Below the pieces are notes generated by a model. That model searched no databases. It had not been told where the DNA came from and saw only the letters and a program-made list of their open reading frames with translations. From the NCBI GenBank assembly GCA_947628215.1, contig CANQYZ010000004.1, positions 14,460 to 78,459 on the forward strand: 64,000 nucleotides of DNA, read 5' to 3'. A program made the position numbers and the translations under genes. Positions within the stretch are counted from its first letter, which is position 1, and each line of letters starts with the position of its first letter. This stretch comes from an uncultured Clostridia bacterium. Its GTDB lineage: Bacteria > Bacillota > Clostridia > TANB77 > CAG-508. Positions 1 to 10,938 of the stretch are shown piece by piece.

Positions 1-3000
1 CTTGAGGATAAAATACCAATATCTTGTCTTATAGAGCAAGATAGACAAATTGTTGAAAGATTTGGTATAGAAAAATGTAAAACTTTAGACTGGGAATTAC
101 TTGGAAAAAGACCATATAGATTTCAGATAAATATTAGAAATTTATTAATGGAAATAGATCCTCAAACAGAAGATATTAATGCTGCTTTATATGAGAGAGT
201 AAAGGATGTTTTAAGACCAGCTGATTATTCTGATAGAATGAAAGAAGCTTATCCAGATAGATTAATTGATACTACAGGTGTAGACGATGTTAGATTCGAC
301 ATAATTTATAGATTCAATAGAGGAGATACTTCTTTAGAAGAAATAGTAGATAATTGGGAACTATTTAGAAATAAAGATGCAAGTGTTTGTTTATTAAGAG
401 ATGATAGAAATGAAAGTAGAATTAGTGATAGCGATTTAAAAGCTTTCATGCAAGAATTTGGAAACTTAGCACCAATAATTGCAAAATATAATAATATTTA
501 TACGTTTATAAATGAAGTTAAATCATTAGAAGGCGAAGAAAAAAGAGAATATGTTAAAAGTATTACTGATAGCATTTTAGCAAATACTCGTAGAGAATAT
601 GGAGATTATAGACCAGTTATAGAATTAGATGATGATGAGTATAAAGAGATATTTAAGTATTCATCATTGGAAGATTTTTTAAAATTATTTAATAGTTATT
701 ATACAGAAGCAATAATGAGAGAACTTGAGACTTTGCCACAAGACTATATTTTTAATATGTCTATTCCATTTTCAGTACTTTTAAATTATCATGTTTTATC
801 TTTTATTGGAACATTTGGACTTAAAAATGTAGAAGATTTTAATACAGAATGTGGGTATTTTTTTAGTAAAAATGATTGTGAAATGCTAAAGCTAATGGAT
901 GATATGTATTTGCATTATGCTGGAAACGAGTGGGATCCTCAAAAGAAAATTTATACTAAACCTACTTTAGATGAAAATGGAGAATATCTTGATAGACCCT
1001 ATACAAAAGAAGAATTTTATGAAGCAATGAGAAGAATGATTGTATATGGACCAAGTGACGGAAACTTTATTGATAAAGCACCAGATTATAGAGATATGAC
1101 AGGAGAATTTAGACAAAGATTTTCAGAATTATTTATATCAGAGCAAGCTCCAGAAGAATTACAAAAATTGTTTTATACAAAATCTATTACACCACAGATT
1201 CTTTTAGAACATCCAGAATATGTAGACTTTTTAGAAGGAAAAGATTTAGAATCATGCTTTAAGAGAGTAGATATAAGAGTTACAGGAAGCAAAGCGCTAT
1301 ATGGATATGAAAATCTTTATAGATTCTTAAGTACAAAAACTGATTTTCGTAGTGTAATAGATTTAGTAACTCAATATGGTGATCTATTAGATATTGCTTT
1401 TGATAGAACTAGAGCTGACGGATATTTATACGAGATAAATTTTGATATAAATGATGATTTAGATAAATTTCAAGATAGAATAAATGAAACTTTTAAAAGG
1501 CTAGTAATAGAAAAAGGAGTTAAATATCCTAAAACAATTCCAAATAGTTTAAGAGAAAATTATCCAGAAATGTTTTTAAGCGATAATGCGCCTCAAGAGC
1601 TTCAAGATGCTTTTTATAGTAGAAGTGTTACCTCTGAAATGATTTTAGCTCATCCTGAATATAGAGAATTTTTAAAAGATATTGATTTAGAGATTTTATA
1701 TAAAAATATGCCGGTTAGAATGGCAGGCAATACTTTTGAAACAATAAACTTAATAAAAGCCATGATACAAACATGTGGAAAAGATGAAACATTAGATTTA
1801 ATGATTTCCTATGGCAAATATATAGAAGCTGTTTTTGATGCTAATAAATTAACTGAATTTAGATATAATAAAGAATTTACAAAAGATGATTTATTAGATG
1901 AGATGGATAAAAGTATCTTGCAGGCAATTATTGATGGGAAGATAAAATATGGCGAAGATATGCCAGATCATTTTAAAGAGAAAAATCCTTCTATGTTTTT
2001 AGGGAAAGATGTTCCTGAAGAAATAAAAAAGAAATTCTATAATAGAGAATTTACAATTGAGGATTTTATAAATAATCCAGAACTTTTAGATGTATTTGGA
2101 AATACAAATATTGCATGTGGTTTTTCTGAAACTGTTTCATGGATGATTCCTTTATTTGGTGATAATGAAGATATAAAAGAAGCAAATAATAATAGATTAA
2201 AAGTACTTTCTGCGTATTCAAAAATTCAAGATGTATCTCTTCAAAAAGCTTTTGAAGAATATGTTAGAGAATGTGGAGACAAAATTGATTTAGAGAAAAT
2301 AGAATATGTTTCAGATGTATTATCAAAATTATCTTTGTCAAATTCAAGTGAAATTTATACATTTAGAAAAGAACTTGCAACTCAGATATTAAATTCTCCA
2401 AATCCAATTGAAACTTTAAATGAAATCGAAGATATATTCTTAAGAAATACAATTCCAACCTTTGGAAAGATATACTCATGTTTTGAAATATTACATCCAG
2501 ATTTTAAAGGGTTCAACTTTGAGTCTACCAATATATCTCCAGTACTTAAAAATAGTACAAATGAGCAAAAAAGTAAAATAATATTTGCTGATTTAATAAA
2601 AGCTTCATTTGGATCAAATAATAGATCTGTAAGAAACTTTTTAGATAATATAGAAAAAGGAAATGCCTTATATGAAAGTATAAAAACAGGGCAAATTAGA
2701 TTTGAAGATTTAAGCGAAGCTCAAAGACAAGATTTAACTAGTTTTAACAAAATATTATCAACAATTTATAATATGAATTTACAAAAAGGAAAAGAAGAAC
2801 CATTTATTAATACAGAAAATCCTATCACAGATATTTCTAAACTTTCTAAATTATTATCAAAAGATGGCACATTAGATTATGATTTACGGTGATAGAGTAA
2901 TAGAGATGTTTTGCTCTTCTATAGGACTTAATACTTTAGCACAAGCAAAAGAATGGATAAGTAAAAAAATTAAAGAGGCTGATAGAAGAAATAGAGAAGC

Positions 3001-4558
3001 TGCAAGTTCAGAAATGGTTTTACACGAAGGAGATTTTGTTAAGGGTATAGGTGACATTACTTATTTAAGAAATATACTTCAAAATGGTAGTGTTTCTAAG
3101 GAGTTTTTAGGAGCTAGCGCAACAAGTGATGCTACACCTTTAGATACAGATGTGTCTAGAATCATGTCTGAAGATGGAACAATTGCTGAAAAAATAGGAG
3201 GAGCAGCAGCAAGTAGTTATGGACCAATTTATTTTGTCTTGAAAAATGATGATAGATTTTTAACTACAAGAACAGGTAGTGAGACTTTAGATGCTGAAAA
3301 TGACATGTCAAAAATAGAAGTATTCTATACAGGAGCTTTAGGAGCAGGACATTATGGAATAAGGACAGGTTTTTCATCTAGTGAGATAAATTATATTGTA
3401 ATGGAAAATTTTGATGAAAGAGTTGGAATTGAAATTGCAATGAATGGATTTTACATTCCTGTTGTAGATATGAAAGGAAAAGTAATTTTTACTCCTAAGC
3501 AATATGATGAAATAAGAGAAAAAATGCAAGGATTATCTTATTATGGAGAAAGTGATTATACATTTTCTGAAAATTTAGTTACAGGAGATACACAGAAAAT
3601 AGCTTCTCAAATAGAAAGAAGTAGTAGCGAGACAAAAAAGAAAAGAGATAAGATTTGTAAAATAGTAGAAGAAACAGTTTCAGAACTTGGACTTAAATTA
3701 AAAACAAGTATAGATGGAGATTTAACAGATGGTTTTGTTGAATTAATAGATACAGGTTCTACAGGAAGAGAAACAAATAAACCTGGTGATGGCGATTTTG
3801 ATTTTATGATGAGACTAGATAAGTCAATACTTTCAAATCAAGCAGAACTTCAAAAACTAAAACAGGCATTATTAAAGAAATTAGGAAGAGAAGATTCTTC
3901 AGGAGTAATAGGAACTGGTGACTTTAGATTAAAAGGAGTAGAGATAGATGCAGATACAAGTGTAGATATTGATATTACTTTTACAGAAAAGACAGATGCT
4001 ATTTCTTATTCAACTGATATGGCTTTGCAGGATAGATTAGCTACTATAAAAAAACAAAATCCAGAAAAGTATAAATATGTACTAGCAAATATTCTTCTTG
4101 CTAAACAAACATTAAAAGAAGCAGGAGTATATAAACCAAATCGTGGAGAAGTTCCTCAAGGTGGACTTGGAGGAGTTGGAATAGAAAATTGGGTATTACA
4201 AAATGGTGGTTCTTTTATAGATGCTGCAAGGGGATTTTTAGAAGCAGCAGAGGGAAAAAGTTTTTCTGAATTTAAATCTTCTTATCATGTTTGGGATTTT
4301 GGAGAGAATCATTTAGCTGAAAGACGTGGATTATATCCTCATGATGATTTTATATCAAGCAATATGAGTGAAGAAGGATATCAAAAAATGGTTCAGGCTT
4401 TAAGAGAGTATGTTAGAAGCTATTCAAAATCAGCTCAAAGCCTTGGAAAAGAAACATTAGAAGAACAAAAAGATGTAGAACTTTTAGATCAAACAGAATC
4501 TGATCAAGAAAAACAAGCTTTAGATATCGTAAAGAATAATAGTGCTATTTCTAAGTAA
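1..4558 (+). CDS. Very large repeat-containing protein, 5' partial (frame is open to the window start). C-terminal ~560 aa carries a GS-x11-DGDFDF then VDIDI pattern that resembles a Pol-beta-type nucleotidyltransferase fold. ORF-track pieces 148..2892 and 2879..4558 are joined by skipping C2887 of an in-frame CGG.
   Basis: No stop in frame 1 from nt 1 to 147. Four copies of a ~35-aa repeat (PEELQKLFYTKSITPQILLEHPEYVDFLEGKDLE-like). Reading tta-[c]-ggt-gat at the junction gives ...DYDL-G-DRVIEMF in one frame. Confidence 0.45.
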
Positions 4559-4587
4559 AATATAAACATATAATAAGGAAGAATAAT

Positions 4588-4761
4588 ATGGAAGATAAAA
4601 AACAAATTAAAATAGGACTTACTGCTTTATGTATAATAATTATTATTTTTATATTAAGTGCAATAATTATATATACTGTAGTAGCAAGTTCTAAAGAAAA
4701 AGAATCAGAAAATAGATATATAAATACTGTAGATATAAATGAAACAAATACATATAATTAA
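4588..4761 (+). CDS. Small (57 aa) single-pass membrane protein, hypothetical.
   Basis: RBS aaggaag sits 7 nt upstream of the ATG. Hydrophobic core LTALCIIIIIFILSAIIIY. Not in the ORF track because it is under 60 aa. Confidence 0.35.
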   Translation: MEDKKQIKIGLTALCIIIIIFILSAIIIYTVVASSKEKESENRYINTVDINETNTYN

Positions 4762-5349
4762 ACAAATTACAAAAGAACAATAATATATAAATGGAAGTTT
4801 TAATATATTAGAACTTCTATTTTTTTGCTTTAAAAAATAGAGAAAAAGAAAGAATAATAGAGATAAAATTTTAAAACTTAAAAAAATATGAACATAATCA
4901 CAATATTTGCTTAAAATTATTGACATACCCCATTTTTTATGCTAATATAAAAACATAGATTTTAAGAAACTAAAAATCGTTAGGTAAGGCTACTATAGGG
5001 ATATGGGTTGTTGCCGCAGAGTAATGGAGACATTATGAGTAGGATAGCAATCAATATCGACTTCAAGGTATTGATTAATACAATAACAAGCCCTATAATG
5101 CTAAAGCTCAAACGTTGATTTATAGTAAGTATAAGTGCGGCGTTTGTCCGTATTTTTTTTGCGAAAAGAGGTGAGAATAATGGATAGTAGTGGGAGTAGG
5201 AGCATAGATGGAAGCTCGACAAATCTTGGCAAAATTGAATATGTATTAAGGCGTATACGGAAATGATGAATTACTATCCATTATTTTCTAGGAAGCTTAG
5301 ATACGTTTTCATTTATTTTGCCTTAAATTTTTTAGAAAGGGGTAGAATA

Positions 5350-5811
5350 ATGGAAAAAAGAATCATAGAATATAAAAAAGAATTTGATATTGATGTAAAA
5401 AAATTTATTGAATGCATATATGTTGGCGAATATAATATGGACGTTGGAATAGATGTAATACAAAATGAAGATATATATGCAGATTACTTAGAAAATGGAG
5501 GCAATTTTTGGATTGCATTAGATGAAAATAATAATGTAATTGGAACAATAGCCGGAAAAGTTATAGACAATGAAACTATTGAATTAAAAAGAATGTATGT
5601 TAGAAAAGAATGTAGAGGATATGGAATTGCTCAAGAATTATTAAATAATTTAGAAAAATTTGCAGCAGATAATGGTTTCAAATATTTAATACTTGGAACA
5701 TATGAAAGAATGGAAAGAGCAATCGGATTTTATACTAAAAATTTATTTATATTAGAAGATGTTGAGACAGAATATCAAGAGGAGAGATTTTTTAAAAAAT
5801 GTTTAGCATAA
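5350..5811 (+). CDS. GNAT family N-acetyltransferase.
   Basis: RBS aaagggg precedes ATG 5350. Acetyl-CoA motif RGYGIAQELL. The ORF-track start 5263 lacks an RBS. Confidence 0.8.
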   Translation: MEKRIIEYKKEFDIDVKKFIECIYVGEYNMDVGIDVIQNEDIYADYLENGGNFWIALDENNNVIGTIAGKVIDNETIELKRMYVRKECRGYGIAQELLNNLEKFAADNGFKYLILGTYERMERAIGFYTKNLFILEDVETEYQEERFFKKCLA

Positions 5812-5927
5812 ATTTAGATGTAGCTGATATACTAAAATAAATGTATATTAGCTATTTTTTTGCTTTTTACTTGAACTTTTTAGTATAAAGATATATATTA
5901 ATTTTCGATAATCTAAGGAGGCATAAT

Positions 5928-6434
5928 ATGAAATTAAATTTAGTATTAGTAGAACCAGAAATACCACAAAATACTGGAAATATAGCAAGAACATGTGCAG
6001 CAATTGGCGCAAAACTACATTTAGTAAAGCCACTTGGTTTTGATATTTCAGAAAAGCAAGTAAAAAGAGCAGGATTAGACTATTGGGATAAAGTAGAAAT
6101 AGAGGAACATGAAAATTTAAATAGCTTTTTAGAAAAATATAAACCAGAAGAACATGACATGTTTTTTGTTACTACAAAAGGAAAAGAGGTATATTCTGAT
6201 ATTGATGTAAAAGATTCTAAAGAAGTATTTTTATTATTTGGAAAAGAGACTAAAGGATTACCAGAAGATTTACTTTTAAAATACATAGATAAAACTATAA
6301 GAATTCCTATGAGAGAAACATTAAGATCTTTAAATCTATCAAATTCAGTTGCAATAGTAGCATATGATGTTTTAAGACAAACAAATTTTAATTCTTTAGA
6401 AAAAATTAGCAAATATTTTGATGATAGATTATAA
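5928..6434 (+). CDS. trmL: tRNA (cytidine/uridine-2'-O)-methyltransferase TrmL (SpoU/TrmH family).
   Basis: N-terminus MKLNLVLVEPEIPQNTGNIARTCAA. RBS aaggagg upstream. Confidence 0.85.
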   Translation: MKLNLVLVEPEIPQNTGNIARTCAAIGAKLHLVKPLGFDISEKQVKRAGLDYWDKVEIEEHENLNSFLEKYKPEEHDMFFVTTKGKEVYSDIDVKDSKEVFLLFGKETKGLPEDLLLKYIDKTIRIPMRETLRSLNLSNSVAIVAYDVLRQTNFNSLEKISKYFDDRL

Positions 6435-6439
6435 AAATA

Positions 6440-6468
6440 TTGACATAAATTTGAATACGTGGTAATCT
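6440..6468 (+). promoter_or_regulatory. Sigma-A-like promoter (TTGACA-17-TAATCT). It is overlapped by a perfect 19-nt palindrome, TCTAGTATTAAATACTAGA, at 6466..6484, a candidate operator.
   Basis: Hexamers and spacing read directly from the sequence. The palindrome lies between the -10 hexamer and the RBS of the hemolysin III gene. Confidence 0.4.
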
Positions 6469-6496
6469 AGTATTAAATACTAGATAGGAGGAAAAT

Positions 6497-7166
6497 ATGG
6501 CAAGAATAAAAGATCCAGCAAGTGGAATTACTCATTTAATAGGGGCTGTATTATCAGTTGCAGGCCTTGTTTTAATGATTATTTTTTGTAGTTTATATAG
6601 TAATGAGAAGGCATGGGATATTGTAACTTGTACAATATTTGGAACTGCACTTATTTTACTTTATTTGTTTAGTACTTTATACCATATGTTAAATTTAGGA
6701 CCAAAAGGAACTAAAGTATTTAGAAAATTTGATCATATAATGATATATATATTAATAGCAGCAACATATACTCCAATATGTTTAGGACCACTTCGTGGAG
6801 GATGGGGATGGTCTATATTTGGAATTGTTTGGGGAATGGCACTTCTTGGAACAATTTTGACAGCTGTATGGATAGATGCTCCAAGAAAGCTTACAACTGC
6901 ATTTTATATTTTAATGGGATGGGTTGTTGTAATTGCTGCGTATCCAATGATTACTACTTTTTCTAAGATTCCAAATGGAATGACATCTTTAGGATGGCTT
7001 TTAGCAGGAGGTATCTTTTATACAGTAGGCGGAATAATGTATGCTCTAAAATGGCCTAAAATTAATTTTAAATATTGGGGATTTCACGAAACATTTCATA
7101 TTTTTGTAATGCTTCGGAAGCTTTTGCCAATTTTGGTTTGTGTTTAGATATTTGATTTATATGTAA
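6497..7166 (+). CDS. Hemolysin III / PAQR family channel protein. +1 junction at in-frame CGG 7115..7117; ORF-track piece 6497..7147.
   Basis: Seven-TM HlyIII pattern. Skipping C7115 gives the family-typical C-terminus ...HIFVMLGSFCQFWFVFRYLIYM. Confidence 0.7.
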
Positions 7167-7169
7167 AAG

Positions 7170-7198
7170 TTGAAAAAAGCCGAAAAATCGTGTATAAT
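7170..7198 (+). promoter_or_regulatory. Sigma-A promoter with extended -10: TTGAAA, 17-nt spacer, TG-TATAAT.
   Basis: ttgaaa at 7170..7175, tgtataat at 7191..7198. It sits 33 nt upstream of the 7231 gene. Confidence 0.45.
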
Positions 7199-7230
7199 AT
7201 AAATGTTTATTTTTTAAAGAGAGAAAAAAT

Positions 7231-7860
7231 ATGAGTATTATAAGTCAAAAATTGAAAGAAAATTTAAATACTATAATAGAATATTTTTTACTATTTATAT
7301 TATATGCGCACCTTGGTTGGTGGATGGAAGTTATTATTTTTTACTTTAAAACGCATACTTTTGTAAATAGAGGATTTTTAATTGGACCATATTGTTCTAT
7401 ATATGGTTTTGGATGTTTATTTATTACGATATTATTTGGAAAATATAAAAATAATCCTAAAAAATTGTTTATGCTTTCATTTATTTGGTGCTCTATTATA
7501 GAATATGTTGTAGGATACATGATGGAAGTTACTTTTGGCGGAAGATGGTGGCAATATACTGATGCTAACTTCCTAAATATAAATGGAAGAGTATGGCTTG
7601 TGACTACTATTCTTTTTGGATTTTTAGCAACTTTACTTATAAGAAAAGTAGAACCATTACTAAAGAAGATTATAGAAAAAATACCAAAAAAATTTATTAA
7701 TACAGTAGCAGGAACAATACTTGTTATATATGCTTTTGATATTTTTGTAACATCAACATTTGTATTTGGTGCAAGAGATGCAATTGAATCTATAGAAAGT
7801 GATTGCACAACAATAATTTCAGAATATGTTTTAGATAACATAAAAAATATAATACGATAA
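7231..7860 (+). CDS. Polytopic membrane protein (putative ABC-transporter type IV / DUF-type permease-like).
   Basis: Multiple TM helices. RBS gagagaaaaaat-ATG. Confidence 0.55.
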   Translation: MSIISQKLKENLNTIIEYFLLFILYAHLGWWMEVIIFYFKTHTFVNRGFLIGPYCSIYGFGCLFITILFGKYKNNPKKLFMLSFIWCSIIEYVVGYMMEVTFGGRWWQYTDANFLNINGRVWLVTTILFGFLATLLIRKVEPLLKKIIEKIPKKFINTVAGTILVIYAFDIFVTSTFVFGARDAIESIESDCTTIISEYVLDNIKNIIR

Positions 7861-7873
7861 AAATATTTTAAAT

Positions 7874-8222
7874 GGGGGTGTATTTGGTTTCGACAGCCTT
7901 TTTGAAATATAGATAGCGGGTGGTGGAGCATCTGGCCACCATAAAAGATGCAAATTAAAATAAACGCTGATAACGAATTAGCAATTGCTGCCTAGGTTGC
8001 GGCAACGTCTTACTTTAGAAGCCTACGGCTAAAGATAAGGCGCAAGGTTAGTAGGAAACGAATCTGTTTTTTCTTCGCAAACAGAGGGTATTTAGAAGAT
8101 ACAAATATTATTCGTTTGTTTGTTAATGAATAATATTTGGAAATTTTAATAACAAACTGCACCCGGAGAAGTTTATATGGATAAAATCCTGGACAGGAGT
8201 TCGACTCTCCTCACTTCCACCA
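7874..8222 (+). ncRNA. ssrA: tmRNA (SsrA), standard one-piece form. Tag ORF ends ...ADNELAIAA-stop (gct gat aac gaa tta gca att gct gcc tag).
   Basis: 5' end GGGGGTGTATTTGGTTTCGACAG pairs with the 3' acceptor. T-arm GGAGTTCGACTCTCC and a terminal CCA. Tag frame read directly from the sequence. Confidence 0.85.
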
Positions 8223-8223
8223 A

Positions 8224-8250
8224 AGCAGTTCAATTCGAACTGTTTTTTTT
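8224..8250 (+). terminator. Rho-independent terminator after ssrA.
   Basis: Hairpin cagttcaattcgaactg followed by a T8 run. Confidence 0.55.
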
Positions 8251-8434
8251 GTTGAAAAAAATTCTAAAAAAATATTGACGTCTAAGAATATTTAAATTAT
8301 AATGCAAACAAATGTTTTAACAAATAATATATTTAATTACGTAGAATGACATAGAATTAAAATTGAAGAAGTAGGATACATTAAAGAAAATTGAAAACTA
8401 TAAAAATATATAAATAAAAAAAGGATGTGAATTT

Positions 8435-9343
8435 ATGAAACAAAACGATTTAGTAATTCAAAATGAATTATCAAATGAAGATATAAAAAAATTAATATAC
8501 ACAATAAGAGGTAAGCAAGTTATGCTTGATAGTGATGTAGCAATGTTATATCATTATGAAACTAAAAATATAAACAAAACTGTAAAAAGAAACATTGATA
8601 GATTCCCAGAAGAGTTTTGTTTTCAACTAACAGAAAATGAATTTCAAACTTTGAGGTTCCAAAATGGAACCTCAAAACAAAACTTAAAAATAAAAAATGA
8701 ACTTAGAGGAGGAAGAAGATATTTACCTTATGTTTTTACAGAACAGGGAATTGCTATGTTAGCAGGTGTTTTAAAAAATGATATAGCTGTAAAAGTCAGT
8801 ATTAATATAATAAAATCCTTTATTGAAATGAGAAAATTTATATCTTTAAATGGGCAAGTGTTTGAAAGACTAACAAATATGGAATATAAATTACTAGAAC
8901 ATGATAAAAAATTTGAAGAAGTTTTTAATCAACTTCAGTTAGAAGAAAACATTAAGCAAAGAATATTTTTTAATGGTCAAATATGGGATAGTTATAGTTT
9001 AATTATAGATATTATAAAAAAAGCAAATAAAAAAATTTTAATAATAGACAATTATATTGATGACAGTGTTTTAAAAATGTTAGCTAAAAAGAATAATAAT
9101 GTTGAAGTAACTATTTTAACATCAGATAAAAGTAATATTGCAACTTTAGATATTAAAAAGTTCAATAAAGAATATCCAATTCTTAAAGTTGCTAAAACAA
9201 ATAAATTCCACGATAGATTTATTGTAATAGATAATAAAGAGATGTACCATTTAGGAGCTTCTATAAAAGATTTAGGCAAAAAATGCTTTGGAATTAATAA
9301 AATAGAAGATAAGGAAATTATAGAAAAATTTATTAATTTGTAA
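8435..9343 (+). CDS. ORF6N-domain protein, a phage/mobile-element associated DNA-binding type, with an uncharacterised C-terminal half.
   Basis: IRGKQVMLDSDVAMLYHYETKNINKTVKRNIDRFPEEFCFQLT and GGRRYLPYVFTEQGIAMLAGVL match the ORF6N signature. RBS aaggatg upstream. Confidence 0.65.
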   Translation: MKQNDLVIQNELSNEDIKKLIYTIRGKQVMLDSDVAMLYHYETKNINKTVKRNIDRFPEEFCFQLTENEFQTLRFQNGTSKQNLKIKNELRGGRRYLPYVFTEQGIAMLAGVLKNDIAVKVSINIIKSFIEMRKFISLNGQVFERLTNMEYKLLEHDKKFEEVFNQLQLEENIKQRIFFNGQIWDSYSLIIDIIKKANKKILIIDNYIDDSVLKMLAKKNNNVEVTILTSDKSNIATLDIKKFNKEYPILKVAKTNKFHDRFIVIDNKEMYHLGASIKDLGKKCFGINKIEDKEIIEKFINL

Positions 9344-9845
9344 AAACATGTAAAGTCTAAATATCTTTTGTCTATTAGATAATTTATATCTGTAATAAAT
9401 CTCTTTAGTTTATACAGCGCTATATTTGACATTATTTTAAATACCAAGTATACTAAGAATAGGAAATGAATAACCGCAGTGAATGCGGTTACCACTACAT
9501 ATAGTTATAACAACACATTTGCAGTTTTGGCTGAAAGCAGAATGTGTTGTTATTTTAATCCTTATTAATCATTGAGTTCACATATTTTATGTATAAAATC
9601 GTCAATAATGTTACGTTTATTGTTGTAGAAGCTATTAAGGATATTATTAAAAGTTGAAGTTAAAAGCTCTGTAAATTAGTAAAATTAATAATTGCAAGGC
9701 TTTATTTTTTACATATAAATTTTTTTAATATCTTTATTAAATCTCATTAAATTATAATAACTTATTCTTGAATATATTTAATGTATACTATATAATTAAT
9801 ATGATATTTTTAAAGTTTAAAAATAGAGACAAGGAGATACCTAAG

Positions 9846-10847
9846 ATGAGTAATAAAGTAAAGATAATAATCATTACAGCAGTAGTAGCAGTCGTTATTA
9901 TAACACTTTTGGTTGCTGTATTATTATTTATGCCAAAAAAGCAAGAAACAGTTACTGAAAATAAAAATGAAGTAAGTGAAAATGTAGTTTCAAATGAAAC
10001 TGATGAAAATGCTACAGAAATTCAAGAAGGAGAAAGTAAGATTACAGAAACAGAAACTTCTGATGGAAGTAAAATTCCTGTTCCAGAGGGATTTACTTAT
10101 AAAGAAGGAACAGTAAGTACGGGTGCTGTAATTAGTGATGAGCAAGGAAATGAATTTGTATGGGTTCCAACAGATAATATATTATTTGTAAGAAGAGATT
10201 TTAATAATCCAAATACAGCAGTAAATCCAAATGAAAATTCTACAGGAAATACTACAAGTCAACTTACTACAAATACAAACTTTGCAGAGACACAAGAAAG
10301 TAACAAAGAATATATAGATAGTGTAAATAAATATAAAGGCTTTTATATTGGAAGATATGAAGCAAGTAAAAATGAAGAAGATGATACAAAAGCATGTACA
10401 AAGAAAGGTGTAGAACCACTTACTGAAATTGTATATGATAGAATGAGAAAAATTGCACAAAATACTTATGCAGATAATAATTCAGTACAATCTGATATTT
10501 GTAGTAGTTATGCATGGGATACATTATGTGTATGGCTACAACAATCAGGATATGACATTTATAATTCAACAAATTACGGAAATTATAAAAATAATCCAGA
10601 AGCAGTAAATAGAAAAGCAACAACAGGAAGAAATAGCAAATGGGTTACAAATAATATATATGATTTAGCAGGAAATGTATGGGAAATTTCTACTGAAGAA
10701 TGGGGAGAAGTTTATCATAAAAATCATACTGGAAGAGGTGGAGGATTTAATACAGATGGTATAAGATTTCCTCTTTCATGCAGAGTTGCTGAGTATGATG
10801 GATCATATGCATATATAGGATTTAGATTAGTTTTATATTTAAAATAA
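9846..10847 (+). CDS. Membrane-anchored formylglycine-generating-enzyme (FGE-sulfatase/SUMF1) domain protein.
   Basis: RBS aaggag precedes ATG 9846. N-terminal TM helix, then GNVWEISTEEW and RGGGFNTDG...YIGFRLV motifs. Confidence 0.65.
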   Translation: MSNKVKIIIITAVVAVVIITLLVAVLLFMPKKQETVTENKNEVSENVVSNETDENATEIQEGESKITETETSDGSKIPVPEGFTYKEGTVSTGAVISDEQGNEFVWVPTDNILFVRRDFNNPNTAVNPNENSTGNTTSQLTTNTNFAETQESNKEYIDSVNKYKGFYIGRYEASKNEEDDTKACTKKGVEPLTEIVYDRMRKIAQNTYADNNSVQSDICSSYAWDTLCVWLQQSGYDIYNSTNYGNYKNNPEAVNRKATTGRNSKWVTNNIYDLAGNVWEISTEEWGEVYHKNHTGRGGGFNTDGIRFPLSCRVAEYDGSYAYIGFRLVLYLK

Positions 10848-10938
10848 TTTAATTTTTGGAGCTTGATATAATTGACATTAAAATAAATTAAATATATTAT
10901 ATTATATATAAATGCAAAAGAAAAAATGAGGTGTTTTT

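Noticed and set aside
4980-5222. 80-aa minus-strand ORF in the GC-richer block, and another at 4705..4926.
   Set aside because: No RBS and codon usage atypical for this genome. The second lies in extremely AT-rich DNA. They are treated as non-coding; the first is reported as a possible RNA element instead.
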